Shown here piece after piece: positions 27,647 through 42,749 of a stretch of DNA of 64,000 nt. The translations under genes were made by a program, and so were the position numbers. Every line of letters starts with the position of its first letter. The stretch's first letter is position 1. The notes below the pieces were generated by a model that did not search any database, was not told the origin of the DNA, and saw nothing but the letters and a program-made list of their open reading frames with translations. Source of the DNA: Trichoplax adhaerens. Taxonomy: Eukaryota; Animalia; Placozoa. Location of the stretch: contig NW_002060970.1 in assembly GCF_000150275.1 (NCBI RefSeq), positions 483,489 to 547,488 on the forward strand, read 5' to 3'.

Positions 27647-29527
27647 CTGAATATAGAAATACATTATACCCGCTGCGCTTGAAATTACTTCCGCTATCAT
27701 GGTTAATTTTAAGATTGATTGAAAATTATTTACGTCTGTAGGGTTCCATATAGAAAAATTGATTCTCTTTTTCAAAAGAATACTCTAACGACTCTAATAT
27801 CAAATCCTATGGAACTACGTATCAATAATCAGTAGTATAAGCATTACTGAAAAAGTTAATCTTTTTATCGAATTCTTCGTACAGTTTCGCAGGAACTATT
27901 TAGGAATATGTCGTTAGATTTTATCCTTATTAGATAAATTTTCGTTACGCGATATAAATACTAATACTAAAAATTTCAAGTATGAACACCGAACTTCAAT
28001 TACTTATAACTGTCAGGAAAGTCGACTCATTCGGTGTTAGAATTCATTAGTTTTAATGACGATCTGATCTCTACATTAAATAGTTTTAAATTTTAATGTC
28101 TTACTTTATATACCTGTAAAGACCTTAATCTTTCTGCTATCCTTTCACTTACACCTGATTATTACTGCATTAACCACTTTTTGCTTTACTCTATCGAAGT
28201 TACATATATTACGGTCTTGGAATTTGTGTTTAAATGCTAAGTGTTAGATCTATCCTCAGCTCCAAATATTTAATTATTAAGGATATTTATATTTCGAACT
28301 CCTAATAATTAACTACTGCCCCAAATGCAATGAAATAAGAAATCATGATAGAATGGAATAGGCTTTCTCTCAATGTTAGGTCCATTTCTGACGTTACTGT
28401 CATCGTGAATAATTCATTCTTACTTGACAGCTTAAATTAATTTTTAAATCATTGTATAAATATTAAATAAATCGATACTCAAGTTAATTTACGGAGTGCA
28501 TGCATTTTCTTCGTTTAATAATAATAATTACTATTAATAAAGATTTGCAGGTGAGATTTGTATAAACTTGGTATTACAAATCTCCTTTGTAACTAGAAAA
28601 CGAGTCTTAAACACTATCTTTACTAGTACTCGTGTTCCCAACTAACTTAATTTTGCTTTAGCTAACTGAATTACTTCGATGATGTTATTAAACTAAATAT
28701 AGAGTGTTCATTAAGAAGTAAGCAAAAATGCAAATCTTTACGGATTGACTTTAATCTAAATTATTACATTAAATGAGAAAGTTAATACTGAATAAATTTT
28801 CCCTGGTACTATTGAAATAGACTATGGAATTCTTTCACAGCAATTTCTATGTATCGACGCCAAATTAGACAGAAAATAGACGGTATAATCAAACTATAAT
28901 AATGTACATGATATACTTTGGCACTTAGAATCATGGCTAACATTGCGTAGTAATTTCCGCTAATTATAGTAGTTATGCGTTAAGGAATAGAGAAATAGTG
29001 AGCAGTACAGAACTTTATGTTATCATAAAGTGTAAATGATGGCTAGTATTGTGAAATTTCTCTCATGCACCATATATTACAAGTAATTTTTCGGAAGATT
29101 TAGGGTCCATCATAATCGCAGTAGATTATCTGAGTTAAATTAGCGGAATTGTAGAGTTTATTGGAATCAGCGCAAAAAGAAAAACGGTGTGAAATTAGAA
29201 CGTTTATAACGAAATGACTAGTCGAATAGCTCTGGTAATATAAAATAGGTTAAGCGTGCAAGATTACCATGTAAATAGCAGAACTAAATAGCGAGATACA
29301 TCTACGATGATTGCTTTTATAACGTAAGAAGCAGACTAAGAATTATTTTTAAAACGCAAATGATTAATGAAAATACCTTACTTTCAAATGAAGAATTTTT
29401 AGGATACAATCAAACTAGAGTATACTCAGCTTTCCATAAAGTGGATTATTGAATATAGATTACACAAATAAGAAGTTATACAACAGTCTGGTGGAAATTG
29501 TATTTTATTAAGAACAGACTATACCAT

Positions 29528-29881
29528 TGTCACAAATCCCACTTGTGATTTGGTTAGGTCAGGTGCTATAGTAATTGTGTATGTCTTCCACTAACTTGGA
29601 AGTCTTATTCTAGGGTAAAACTAACTCTTTCCTCACAGTCACACAACTACTCAGGTTTCTTTCAGACCACTAGCACTTTTTATTCACCAGTCATTTGGTT
29701 TCTAGTCTCTACTAGTTCGTCTTAGCCCGGAGCGACTACTGCCGGCGAATGGCAATTCGCTCGGCGTTTTATACCTTCCCCACTCATTTGTGGGGCATAC
29801 TAGTAAACTGCTCCTTCCACAAATTGTATAAGTTACTATAGGGAATTACTCCCAGACAATTAACATGACTTAGTATGAGCT
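29528..29881 (-). mobile_element. Family F1 element, truncated copy
   Basis: Aligns with 1435-1788, then homology stops. Confidence 0.85.
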
Positions 29882-31087
29882 TTAAAAGTAAAGCTATACT
29901 ATGTAAGGCCGTTCTGGCAGCCTCATTAAATCATTAAATGTTGTTGTTAAGCAATGTACTTATGTGATTGATGGCTCTTATGTAGAGGGGTATTTGATTG
30001 TAATATTGTAATATTTATAAGCTGTATGGTATTGTTATGGTAGAGATTTCACCATATGCCGATTATCCAGTTTATCTTAGCCAATTGCAACTGTTTCTTG
30101 AGAGAAAGATATTAGAATTATTCTACAACAGATGAGCGCAATAAACGTTATTTCGAAAGTCAAAAACACGTTCTTGACCGTTTGTGACACATTTTTAAAC
30201 GCTCAAATTTTGAGTTATCGAATTGCGAACCTAAGGTTAAGAGCGTATACGCAGCATTATGCTTTCATATTGGGCGAGGTAATCAAGATTTAGTTAATTA
30301 GGTTGTTACTACTAACATTTTTATCACCGTTAATGTTTACTATATCTTATAATAATTCATTCAATATCAATGCAATTACTTATAATCTAGAAGAAATTAG
30401 CAATGAGATGCAAGTAGAACGTTTTATTCATCAAAGGATGTAAAGTATTATTATTTAATTTCATATTTATAATTCAGTTAAAAAATAAAACATTGATGTT
30501 GTTATCAGTTCTAGTATTATTATAGGATATTGCTATACCTATAATAAAAAAACAAATTAAGGTGGTGCTCAAATATTTGCAATTCCTAAACAAATGAAGG
30601 AAAAGCAAAATAGAAATCAAGTATAGTATCCTACACTAATCTCCGTGTTTGCTTACATGGACAATATCTAGGATTAATAAATATTATTTTCTCACAATAG
30701 ACTAATAAAGGGCAAGGTAGATGTAGGGACTTCTTTTAATCTTGCATGTTTCCTTTAATAGATGACTGTAATTAGATCAATTTCAGAATTGGCATTGTAT
30801 GAAAAGAAGAAATAAATATCTGTTAAATGTTGTAACTACGGTAAAGTATAGTAGCTCCAATACTTATTGATGATGAGAGTGTAATCTAATTAATCAATAT
30901 AATACCAAGACATACTTAGAATGCATAATACCTTCTAAATTCCATAGCTCAATCCCTCTACTTCTGGATTGATTATTTCATAATACTACCGTAATAAATT
31001 CATTTCAAGCGTTTACTGTTACTCAATTGATGAGAATACTAGCAATTAAAATATGTGTAATTAATTTATTAATAGATCACTGATACG

Positions 31088-31465
31088 ATGATATCTTCAA
31101 ATGCATACGGAAAAAATTCAACCGTAGCACTTTGCATATCGTCTAGCGATAAAAGTATCAGAGAAATCAATCCTTAAATTACTGTGCCTTTTATGCTAAT
31201 GATTACGTTATTTGGCTGTACTACCAACGGCTTGAGTTGCAAGGTGATTCTCAAGAGGCAAAAATCTCACACACCAATATTTCGCTTAGTCTTTAATATG
31301 GCCAATTTAGATAGTCAGATTCTTCTAACTAGATTACTAATGCCATTACTTAATACGGTCCTATCCATGACAGAAATGGCAAATTTGTTTTCGACTATAG
31401 GTTGTAAATTGATATTCTTTATCAAGTCAATTCGCTTAAATTTCTCTATACTACTTAAGCTCTAA
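31088..31465 (+). pseudogene. Truncated GPCR pseudogene paralogous to 39412
   Basis: TM1 to start of TM3 (TTNGL, FNMA, GCKLIF); in-frame TAA before TM1; truncated in TM3. Confidence 0.88.
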
Positions 31466-33308
31466 AGACCATTTAATAAAATCATTCCACTAGTTGTGTA
31501 ACTTAGATGCCTTTGCGTTTAAGTTCCTATGAGTAGTCAAGTAATACTGAATCCCTAAAGCTTTAGAAATTTAGAGACTTGTTTTACGTGAACCTTGCCG
31601 CAAAGCTCGTTTGTGGCAACATGATAAAAGGTAAGGTAGAATTTATGAATTTTAAAGAACAGCTGAAGTTTCTTTATTACGCATACGTGGAACAATTTCC
31701 AAGAAACTCCTATCTATTTGGTACTAAATTAAGTCATTTTCATTTGCAGCTAAAATATTACGTATAATCCTATTCAGTATTTCCTGTAAGATCTCTTCCT
31801 AACTTATTTCTGTGGCGTATTAAAATATTCCCCGGGATGAACCGTATGGCATCTATCAACATAGTTATCTAATATCTTAATCTTATTGATTAGTTACACC
31901 CGAAAGTATCGATTAAGTATTTAAGATAGATCAAATCGAGTGATGCAATATTGCTGCTGCAAACGGAAGCATTTAGATCTACTCTTTTGCCAATGTAATG
32001 AAGGTTGATTTTTAGAATTTTCCTTCAAATTCAAGTCTTGCAATTATTCTAGCTTAATGAACATTATTTATTTGGTTGATTATAATAGCAAATTTTACTT
32101 AGTATCTTAGTATACTGTAAACCCGATTGCTTTATTCGGGTTAGAAGTTAAGATAATCCGTAGCATAATTTTTGTTAAGAATCAGATATTATGATTTTAT
32201 AATTCAAGCGATATATTTAGTTAATAGAATACACAGTATGTGTGCTAATTTTGATCATTAATTACAGTAGAAGTTACTGTTAATTTGCAATTTCATACAT
32301 TATGAACCTAAAACATTTGATCTGAGATTGTTCTTTTATTTTTGCGTATACTGAAGAAATGTACAGTTTAAAGCTAAACTATACTTAATATTAATTTAGT
32401 AGTTTTAGGGAGTCTAGGGTATAATTTATCTTATCATGTGCGTTTGATTGCTAGTTTAATTTGAATTACTTTAGAATGATAGTCTACTATCATCAAATGC
32501 TCAGCGTAGCATATCAAAGATAGCGTAGTTCAGTCATTTAGTGGAGTTGAAGTTAGAGAAGACAAGAAAACTCGTGGATAATCGTGAATTATCTCATTAA
32601 TTGATAGTTTGCTTCGTTTGGGCAGGGGCAGTTTTGCCCGTATTTTATTATTCATTTTAAGAAGTTTTGCTAAGATTGTTGTTAAAGTTATAAAAAACTG
32701 GTGTTGTTCCCCTAATTTATTTTATTTGGACTTCAATTGTTGGAAGTTCAATTTAATTTAGTAAATTTAATTTTTTTGTACTACCAATACTACTCCAAGA
32801 TTAATTCGATCAGAATTGTTGATGTTGAAGTAGAAAATGACTCATACCTGCTATTCTACATGGCTATGTGAATTATTATTGAATATATTTCCTATTTGAT
32901 AATCAAATAATTATTTACTGTTTTTATTAATGTACTGCTATCTTTCTTATCCTTAAAGTTAATTAAAATATAAAACGATGCTGAAAGATTCTATGAAATT
33001 TAAATTGAGGATCTTGTCAATCCACATTCCATTTCCGATGCGTGTTATCTTATATTTTCTTATGCATGATAATTTAATAATATATTACAGTAAGACCTTA
33101 CCATGCTGAAAATTCTTAAGAACGGTGATTACTTAATTATTCAATTTACTTCATATTGTATTATCAAATCATATTAATGTCATTTTACGTATGCCACGCT
33201 ATTAAACCGAATTCTGACTGTCTATTAACCTAAAACTAGAATATATTCCAATTAATTTCTACGGGTTTAGCTAGTAAGTATTGATAGCTGTCATAATTAT
33301 AGTGAAAG

Positions 33309-33937
33309 TATCACAAAAAGCTTGCAACAAGATAATGTAATGTACGATCAATAATTCAATTCCTTGAACCATGTATCAAGGAACGATATCTGTACTATTG
33401 GGAACACTTTTGCTCTACTAGCAGACTACACAAAGACTTAGACGTCTCGTATTTTACGTTAAACACTTAGTTTAAGAACTAACTTTTTTTACACAATTTA
33501 CAGCATTTATATACTCTTCCGCAATAGTCCTTGATACATAGTTAGTACGATTAACTTTGGAATCATTCACTGAATTAGACATTAATTTAGCTACCGCTCC
33601 CTAATGCAGACAACAGCAATTATGTACTTAGACATCTAATGACTAGTACAGAATAGTCAGATTACGATATATCCTATCACGGAACATTTCTGCGATAATT
33701 TACAATCTACTAATAGTAAGTTACAATCGCAATAATTCGAACTGTAAGTAGATAATTGGCATTCCCTAATATAACGATTAATTTCAATATATGTATATGT
33801 GTGTCAATGTCATAAAAAGCCAGTGCTATATTAAAAGACAGTATATCCAAATTAGAAGTTAAATAAATAAAAATAAGCTAGCAAAATTATCCTGACATAA
33901 ATATTTCTACTTTAGTACTGTATATAACACTGTCACA
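33309..33937 (-). mobile_element. Family D element (diverged copy)
   Basis: Aligns end to end with 52981-53607; TSD eroded. Confidence 0.85.
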
Positions 33938-35708
33938 AAAAACTATAAATGTAAAGCTTTAGGGCTTGAACTTAAAATCTTTCCAAAATATAATATTTGC
34001 TAGTGTTACTATTGTAACAATGATACAATCAATCTAAATTTGCCCCATATATTTCATAATCGATAAGCATTGATCTGTAGATAAGAAATAAATCAGTATA
34101 TAATTATTAGGAATCTTCAAGTCTACCGATCTACCAGCCTACCGCTCTTTTATGTAGTCTATTGCCTATATTCCTACATAGCTTTATTTAATATAATGTT
34201 TATAGACGATAGCAGGCAAAAAGTAACCTCTTGCTTGTATTATTTGCATCATGAACGTAAAAGATCTTAATAGACAGTTAGAGTAAAGTTCCGTCAACGA
34301 GCAAAATACTAATATAATTCTTTAATACTGAATAGAGCTTTAAATGGGAATGTTGGATTAAGTTTATATAAGCCGAGAGAAACTTTTGTAGTAGAGTTTA
34401 AGCCGATTATTCAGTTCAATGTACTCGATTTTAATTAGTCTTATGGAGGAAAGAAAAAATTGGTTATCGATAGTCATATTCATAGTAAACACACTACAGT
34501 TATTTTTAAAGTTAAATAACTGCCGTTCTAACCATTTCGAATACCTTACGATGTAGGTTTGCTTAATTTTAATAACTCGAATTTTAGTATTGCTGAAATA
34601 CGAACCTCAGAGAATAAAAATCCCTTCATTACGCAGAACGTAGCAGTTTCAGCATATTACAGTAGTAATTGAAGTACGGTAGCATTAAGAAATAGAATGG
34701 TCTACTATGCTTATTAGGTATTTACATGATTGCTGACAATAAAATGGTGTACTTATACAACTCACTGTATTTGCGTAAAAGGCAGCAGTAGACGGCTATA
34801 CAAGGTGATGTTTTCGTGTAATGTCTTACTGTAACTATTAGATAATATGGAGTTGTTATCGTTGAGATAAACTCGATTCTCCGGCTTATCTTATACACTT
34901 TCGACAGTTATTATGATGGAAGAAACGAGGATTCTTCTCTTGTCCAGGGTTCTGTTGATAAACGATACTTTTTAAGGTTAAACACGGTATTTACTAAATC
35001 TTGTGTCACTTTAAAGATTTTCTCCATTGTATCAACTCAGATTTTAAGCTAGACGATTGCGAGCCTAAGGGGTTGTAAGACCCAAGCATTACACAGAAAC
35101 GTAAAATAGTTGTACTAATTTTGAAAATTATTATTTATTCCATAAATTAATAATAAGGTAAAACTAGCTCTAATTACTATACTTACGAAGTAAACCAATC
35201 TTATTTAGATTAAAATGGTCTTTTTTAATATATATTATTATAATCACATTAAATCAACTATACTGATAAATTAGCGTAGATAACAGATTTAAAAATCATG
35301 ATGAGGCAGAGCTAAATGGCAATTTTAAAGCCTAAGTAATATTAAAAGCAAGTTAATTAATCATACAGTAATTTTACAGATAAAAAAAGCTGTATCATAC
35401 CTATTAAAATATTTTATGATTATATTGAACCATGATTTTAATTTGCATTAGTTTAATGTGGTATAGAAAAGCGCTAAATAATGAGAACAAATGAGTGAAT
35501 AAGCAACAGCAAGTGTAGCACAGCGCAGTAAATTCTCCAGTTATTTATTTATTTTTTCATTTAATTATTTCATAATTTTGCATTTTATTATTTGCCTTGC
35601 CCACGCCTCTTTAAATAAATGATAGGTTGAAGTTCGGCTGACATAAATTAATTTATGATTTACCTGCTTTATGTATTACGCTGCAAGTATTATAGGTTAT
35701 AGAGAAAT

Positions 35709-36737
35709 ATGGAAGGATCTACCGTCTCGAATTCCAAAATAGCATCCGCAAACCTTTCGACTTCCTTTAGTAATGGAAGTAGTAGCCCTGTATCGTTATC
35801 TTTTCCTCCCATAGTTCTATCAGGATTCACTTTGTTTGGGCTTATTACAAATGGATTAATTTGTTGGGCTACTGCCAAAACAAAAAGGCTTCATACACCA
35901 ACATTTTGTTTAGTCGTTAATATGGCTATATCAGATTGTATAATTCTCGTCACCGGATTAGCGTCAACAATAATAAATGCAATTATGTCTAGTATGGCTA
36001 TTTCAGTAATATCCGCAACTATAGCTTGCAAATTAATTGGCTTTACAAATATATGTGGTGTGATTACATCGACATTGACCTTAAGCGCTATCAGTATTGA
36101 TCGAACTCTTATTTTAACAACGAAAAGTCGCCGACGAACACTTTTTAATTCTAACAAGAAATTAAATATCCTTGTTGGATTAATCTGGCTGATTGCTGCT
36201 ATTGTAGCATTACCATTCGGAGTTTTAATGACAGTTTTTCCATCATCGCCAATATGCGATATCAAGAATATAAGTAGAACATTTAACGGAACTTATTTTA
36301 TCATTCTTTTTATTGTAGCTTACATGATACCGGCGATTACAGTTATCATCATGTATACTAAAATAATTGTTGTACTAGCAAAAGGAATCAGTAAACAAAG
36401 GAATTCATCAGCTTTTGAATTGATTAGAAAACATCATATTAAACTCATCAAAACGTTGTCTATCGTGACCGTAATATTTTTTTTGTTAGCTGGCCCTTTA
36501 TTCATAATTTATATTATTATAGCTCTATCGGGTAAAAGCGCATTTAATTACATGCTTAGTCTATCTCGACCTCAGGCTCAAATTTTACAAATTTGTTTTA
36601 TTGCCTTATATTTATCTTGTTTACTAAATCCAATTATTTATTTCTTCATGAATTCAACATTAAGACAAGCTTTAACTTGTAAATCGCAATGCTACGGTCG
36701 ACTTCAACCTACCATTCATGTAGCGCCAGCTAATTAA
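35709..36737 (+). CDS. Intronless rhodopsin-family GPCR, 342 aa, close paralog of 26618
   Basis: 7TM; NMAISD, SIDRT, NPIIY; same length as 26618 with homologous flanks. Confidence 0.95.
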   Translation: MEGSTVSNSKIASANLSTSFSNGSSSPVSLSFPPIVLSGFTLFGLITNGLICWATAKTKRLHTPTFCLVVNMAISDCIILVTGLASTIINAIMSSMAISVISATIACKLIGFTNICGVITSTLTLSAISIDRTLILTTKSRRRTLFNSNKKLNILVGLIWLIAAIVALPFGVLMTVFPSSPICDIKNISRTFNGTYFIILFIVAYMIPAITVIIMYTKIIVVLAKGISKQRNSSAFELIRKHHIKLIKTLSIVTVIFFLLAGPLFIIYIIIALSGKSAFNYMLSLSRPQAQILQICFIALYLSCLLNPIIYFFMNSTLRQALTCKSQCYGRLQPTIHVAPAN

Positions 36738-37030
36738 TTCGATAGAGTATGATATTATTCTCTCTATGCCTGTAATTATTTCTGGTACCATGGTAAACCT
36801 TAAGGCTCGATTGAAAATTAGGAACAGGAACAGGATCTCATTTGGAAGATTTTATTTTCTTTATGTAGATAGTAAAACAAGGACTATTATCAGATCTTAC
36901 GGAACTGCACATCAATAACTATAATAAATACTTTCAGCATTAATGAGAAATTCAGTCACTATATCAAATTGTTTTAAACGGTTTCATAGTAATTACATAG
37001 GAATATGCCGTAGGACTTTGTCATAATGAG

Positions 37031-37601
37031 TGTAATGATACAATTACAGTTTTACTCTTAATTTTTTTGTTTTGTGAGGGATATTATTTCTAATTAATTT
37101 TATGTAACTCTTTACTGGACGCCAAATAAATAGTTGTAGAGAATTATAATGGATGTAGAATTTAAATTTTTATTATAAACAATGTAAGTCCATTAAAGAA
37201 ATTTAATAATTTGTTTGAAACAGCAATCTTGTTAACGGCTAGTAAGAAGATTACACCTAGAGTGACAATTACATTATTGCCCTATGACTGATATAAATCG
37301 TTAATTCAAGAAGAATTACTATATTATGTGTTGAACTAAATTAAGACGTATTGATTTAAACAACTGCTAATTAGGACATTAAGTAAGGGAGTTATCGAAA
37401 AAGCTCGTTTTTGGTTATAATTAAGGATTGCTGGGAATAGAATTATAGTACACGCATTGGTAGATACCCTACTTGATTTAGTTAAGCATTGCTTCGAAGT
37501 CCTATAAAGTAATAAACTAGCTTTCTTTCAATTATTTAAATTTTGTTGTCATTTCAATGTGTCTATTTGAGTAGTTTAACAGAGACTTAATTCTTATAAC
37601 A
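37031..37601 (+). mobile_element. Solo-LTR-like element F6 (571 bp)
   Basis: TGTAAT...ATAACA; TSD ATGAG / ATGAA; absent at the paralogous position (about 27930); TATAAA at about 37292 and AATAAA at about 37512. Confidence 0.75.
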
Positions 37602-39181
37602 ATGAAATAAATTTTCTTTTATCTTATTTAAATAGTAATATACAAAGATAGTAGCAACAGCTTCCCGGCATTGCCTGACTAGAAAATACATAAAAGTTAT
37701 ATTATAATATCGCTCGCTANNNNNNNNNNNNNNNNNNNNNNNNNNNNNNNNNNNNNNNNNNNNNNNNNNTTAAAGATTTAAATTTAGGACTATTCATAAT
37801 TTATTACCGCCCAAAATTCAACGGAATACGAGAACTAGGATAGAGTGAAATAAGCTTTTTCTCAATGTTAAGGCAATCTCTGACATTTCTATCATCTTTA
37901 CGTATTCATCCTTACTTGACATATTAAAACTATTTTTAAATCATCGTATAAATATTAAATAGGCCGATAATCAAGTTGATATACGATGTATATGAATTTC
38001 ATTTGTTTAAATATATTATTATTGATACAGATTTACATGTGAGATTTGTATAAATATAGTTGAAAAAGACTCGTTTCAGTTCGAATATCGCAAGAAATAC
38101 CATCAATTATTTGTACACCTTTAAATAAACTGATTCGACTTGAGTAAATTAAATTGTTTTTAGCCATGGCGTTAGAATCGAAAGTATTCATTCAGAAATT
38201 AGTAGCAATATAACCTTTGTAGCGGAGCATTTGATTGTTACTTCAAAAGTTGTATGGAATTGTAATTGTAGAGGCTTAAGCTTATGTCGATTATTCAGTT
38301 TATCTTAGCCAATTGCAACTGTTTATGTGAGGGAAAGAAATTGGATTTGCTCTCTTACAGACGAACGCAATAAATGTAATTTTGAAAGTCAATAAAATGG
38401 CTTTTACTATTTAGGACACATCTTTAAGAGCTCATATTTTAAGTAATCGCATTACAAATCTGCGGTTAGGGGTTCTTTCACTACATTTTGTATCCAAATT
38501 AGGCGACAAAAATTCAAGACTAAGTGAATTAGGTTGTTATTATTGATATTTTTATCATTATTAATGTTAACAATAGGTTTAAATTAGGTTTATAACAAGT
38601 CATTCAATATCAATGCAATTACTTGTATCCTAGGAAAATTTAGCGATGGCATTTATATAGAACATATTTTTCATCAAAGGATGAAAAATATTATTATCTA
38701 TTTCGTATTCATAATTCAATTAAGAGAAAAAGGATTGATATTTTCATAACTTTTACGGCTATGACAGGATATTGTTATACCTGTATCAAAAAGCAAATTT
38801 AGCTAGTGTTTATGTTATAGAAATTCCTAAATTAAAGTAGATAAGTAAATTAAAAATAATGTATGGTATTCTACACAAATGTTCGTGTTTACTTGAAAGG
38901 AAGGTAATTAGGATTATTAAACATTATATTCTGACAATGAACAAATAAAGGAAAATGTAGATGTAGGGACTTTTGTTAAAATATATGTAATGTTGTCCTT
39001 AATAAATGACTGTAATCAAATCAATTTCTTAATTACTATTGTGCTATACGAAGAAATAAATTTCAGATCAATGACGTTACTACGGTGATGCGTAGTAGCT
39101 CAAGTACCTATTGACGAAGAGAGTATAATCTGATCAACCAATATAATACCAAGATATGCACAGACTGTATAAATACCCTCC

Positions 39182-39267
39182 TGTCGTGTTCAGCCCACGA
39201 CAAGGAAACCTGGGTCTTAGAATCTGTACGAATGCTAAGGCTGCAACAGCCAAGTATGCCCCCAACG
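39182..39267 (-). mobile_element. 86-bp mini-insertion homologous to the terminal part of family E
   Basis: Matches 60507-60591; perfect TSD CCTCC (39177-39181 / 39268-39272); empty paralogous site at about 22248-22252. Confidence 0.9.
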
Positions 39268-39411
39268 CCTCCAAATTCCATAACTCAATCCATTTACTTC
39301 CGGAATGGTTATTCCATAATGCTACCTCAATAAATTTCATTTCAAGTATCTACTGTTACTGATTTTATGAGGACTACTAATAATTGTAATTAGCAAATCA
39401 CCGGTACGAAG

Positions 39412-40441
39412 ATGTCTTCAAATATATACGGGAGAAACATAACCGTAGGACTTTGCATATCGCATAGCAATAGTAGTATCAAAGATATGAATCCTTCATT
39501 TACTGTGCCTTCTATGCTCGTCATTACATCACTTGGCTGTACTACCACCGGCTTGATTTGCAAGGCGATTATCGAGACGAAAAGATTTCATACACTGAGA
39601 TTTCACTTAATCTTTAACATGGCTATTTCAGATGGAATGATTCTTTTAACTGGATTACTAATGTCATAACTTAATGCGGTCCTATCTATGACAGAAATGC
39701 CAAATTTGTTTTCGACTATAGCTTGCAAATTGATATTTTTTTATAAATTTAACTTGTTTAATTTCTTCTACCTTAATCTTAAGCGCTATCAGCATCGATC
39801 GCTATTTTATCATCGCTACACGAAATCACAAACGACCCTTGTATAATACTAGAAATAAATTAATTATTGCCGTTGGATCAACGTGGTTCATTGCTGCAAT
39901 AGTAGGAATACCAATTCTAGTTTTAGCTAACGTTAATACAGCGAGACTTAGGATATGCGATATCAATAATATTAGCGAGATATTTAATATTACATACTTT
40001 AGCTTGTTTAGCATTATTGGCTATGTTATACCGCTAATTGTAATTGTTATCATATATGCCAAAACTATCGCTAGATTATTCAGCAGAACTCACAATCGTT
40101 GGAATTCATCCATCTTCACACAGAGTAATAAGCTTCATATCAAGCTGATTAAAATGTTATCTGTCGTTACTTGGATATTTCTTTTTGTAGCTTCGCCTTT
40201 ATTTATCGTTCACGTTATTTATTACTTTATCTGGTAAAAGTTTCGCGAATTTCTTATCCAGTATTTCTTCACCACAAGCTAAACTAGCACTATTTTGGTA
40301 TGTTCTTACCTACTTAGCTTGTTTACAAAATCCAATTCTTTACTTTTGTATGAACTAAACATTGCGAAGACTTTACCTTGTAAAGCATCTTGCTGTCGTA
40401 GAATTCAATCTTCTAATTGCATTTCATCCTTTAATTTATAG
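39412..40441 (+). pseudogene. Full-length GPCR pseudogene
   Basis: NMAISD, ACK, SIDRY and QNPILY present; premature TAA at 39667 plus frameshifts. Confidence 0.92.
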
Positions 40442-42749
40442 AAGAATGACTCAATTTTGACTAATTTTATTTGGAAAATGTGTCATATGTACCATTGTAA
40501 AATTTAAATTAATTTAATAGATGTCGGTTGCATTGAAATTCCATTAGCAAGCTAACCTGCCAATATTTAAGGATTAATAATTAATCAAGTCAATGATTAA
40601 CGATCTAAATCTACTATTATACTCTCTATCAATCAGGTAACATTGATTGCTTACTGAATTACTAGTACGTCTGTACAAAAAAAATTGCGATTCAATAAAT
40701 GTAAAAATTTAATATTGTACATGTCAAATCATTCTTAAAAGTGCTGTATGGTGCATCTACCTTATTCCAGCTGCATTTATAGTGATAATTAAATCTTTTT
40801 TCTTCCAATTATAAGACCATAACTCTGATCTTAACCCTTTTCAAACGTTCCCCTCATACTTTTACCTGGTTTATAATTATATTTTTGTATCTGGTGCTGA
40901 TATCGCCGACTTAATGACTTATCTCAGTTTCTATTCTAAAAATACATCAAAGAACGTATTTCATAAATTAATCGCCCTAGTTGTAATACTTTATCATTCT
41001 TATTCACAAATAAGTATTAATTCTTTATCCATTCCATACGTAATTGCTGGTAATAATTTTTGATTCAGTCATAACTGATATGAAATGGCACGATAAGTGA
41101 TATTAAAGCTATATCCAAGTAATATAATTAAATTAGCCTTATTAATCGGAAATTTAGACTGTCATTAATTAAATCCAAGGGATATATATTTCGGTAAGAA
41201 ATCATAAAAAAATTTCTTGGCGATACACATTTTTATTTAAACATAACTTTTACTGGATACCAATAAACTGATTTGGAACTTCACAATATGAATTAATTTC
41301 TTGATTTTTATTATTAGAATTTTAAGCATTCATACCTAGTATTTAATGCACTACGTATTTACTAATTTATCAACTAACTACAACTGTCGCCTAACATCCT
41401 ATTTTAGTTGCTCGTTGTTAATTATTTACTTGAATATTAGCGTATTTTGTCACTTACACCAGTCTTCTACAACGGTATCCATTAACGGCAACTTTTTATA
41501 AATGGCTTTCTAGCTTTACTGACCTTCCAAGGACACTTTCATAGGTATAGGCCAGCAAAGGTACTAAAATTTTATACAAAGGTATACCACATAAATTTCT
41601 ACTTCATATGTTACAAATCTTAGGCAAATTTACGGCTAGGCAGCACTTTTATTGTATATTTGATCACTGCTACTTATACATTACACACATCAAAGCAGAA
41701 CGTACTATACATATAATTGTAGTAGTTTTAGCTAATAACAGTATTAATTGAAGTAAGGTAGCATTAAGAAGTAGAATAGTCTACTATACTTGCAATCTTG
41801 AGCCAAGTTAGAAACTTACTCAATTTCAATTACTCAGATTTGAGTTGGATGATTGCGAACTTAAAGGGTTATAAAACCCAGGCACTACAAAAACTGAAAG
41901 TCATAAATCATCTTTAAGTACGATATCATGGCTATAATCATATTACAATATTTAATATTGAAGCCTCTTTGCCACTATTTCATCTCAACGTAATTAATAA
42001 CCAAATCTTTAAAAAAATTAATGTATTATTTTCTAATCCTTAAATTCTGAAAAACACATAAATTATAAATGACTTTACAAAATTTTTATATCGTAGTTTA
42101 GAACGCTGTTTCAGCCCAAATGATTATTTTATATCTTTAATAAATTCTGATAGCTCATTATGAAGTTGGCATTCAACTTATGTCACATCTTTGTTAAAAA
42201 ATTGAATGAAAACCTACGCTATCATTAACGTATGCCATTGCTAACAATTAGATTTTGCCGTCAGCACTTACCTTTACAAATATGATAGAATGTTTTATTC
42301 TATTTCATATCCCAACTTTTAATGTAGCGCGAGGTGAAAACTTATCTTGCACGGGATTAGTATACGCATGAGAGACGGCTTTATGAATAGCATGTGTGAT
42401 TGTTCATCAAAATAAAAATTTCCTCCTACATTAATAACTCGGGATCGATCTTTTGTAAGATTTAATAATAATTGTAACGCTGTTGGAATTATAGGTTTCA
42501 ATAAATCATTATTCGGTATATGTGTGTAATCCTCTATACATTTTATAGCTATGGGATATATGTGACAAATAGTTGTTATTAAATCATTAATATTTATGAT
42601 TTCATTATCGATTATATTCAAAATATATATCCTAAATTTTAAGTGAAAATCTAATTAGCTCATGAAATATATCTTAATATTAAATTACATCGCAGTTGCC
42701 CGTATAAACTTACAAAGAAGAATTGTAATTCCTATTGCTTCCCTTAAAT

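Noticed and set aside
35891-36265. Antisense ORFs over GPCR genes (also 14063, 26524, 26815, 35690, 39826)
   Set aside because: Shadow frames of real + strand genes.
42319-42621. 100-aa minus-strand ORF
   Set aside because: Non-ATG start and no recognisable family.
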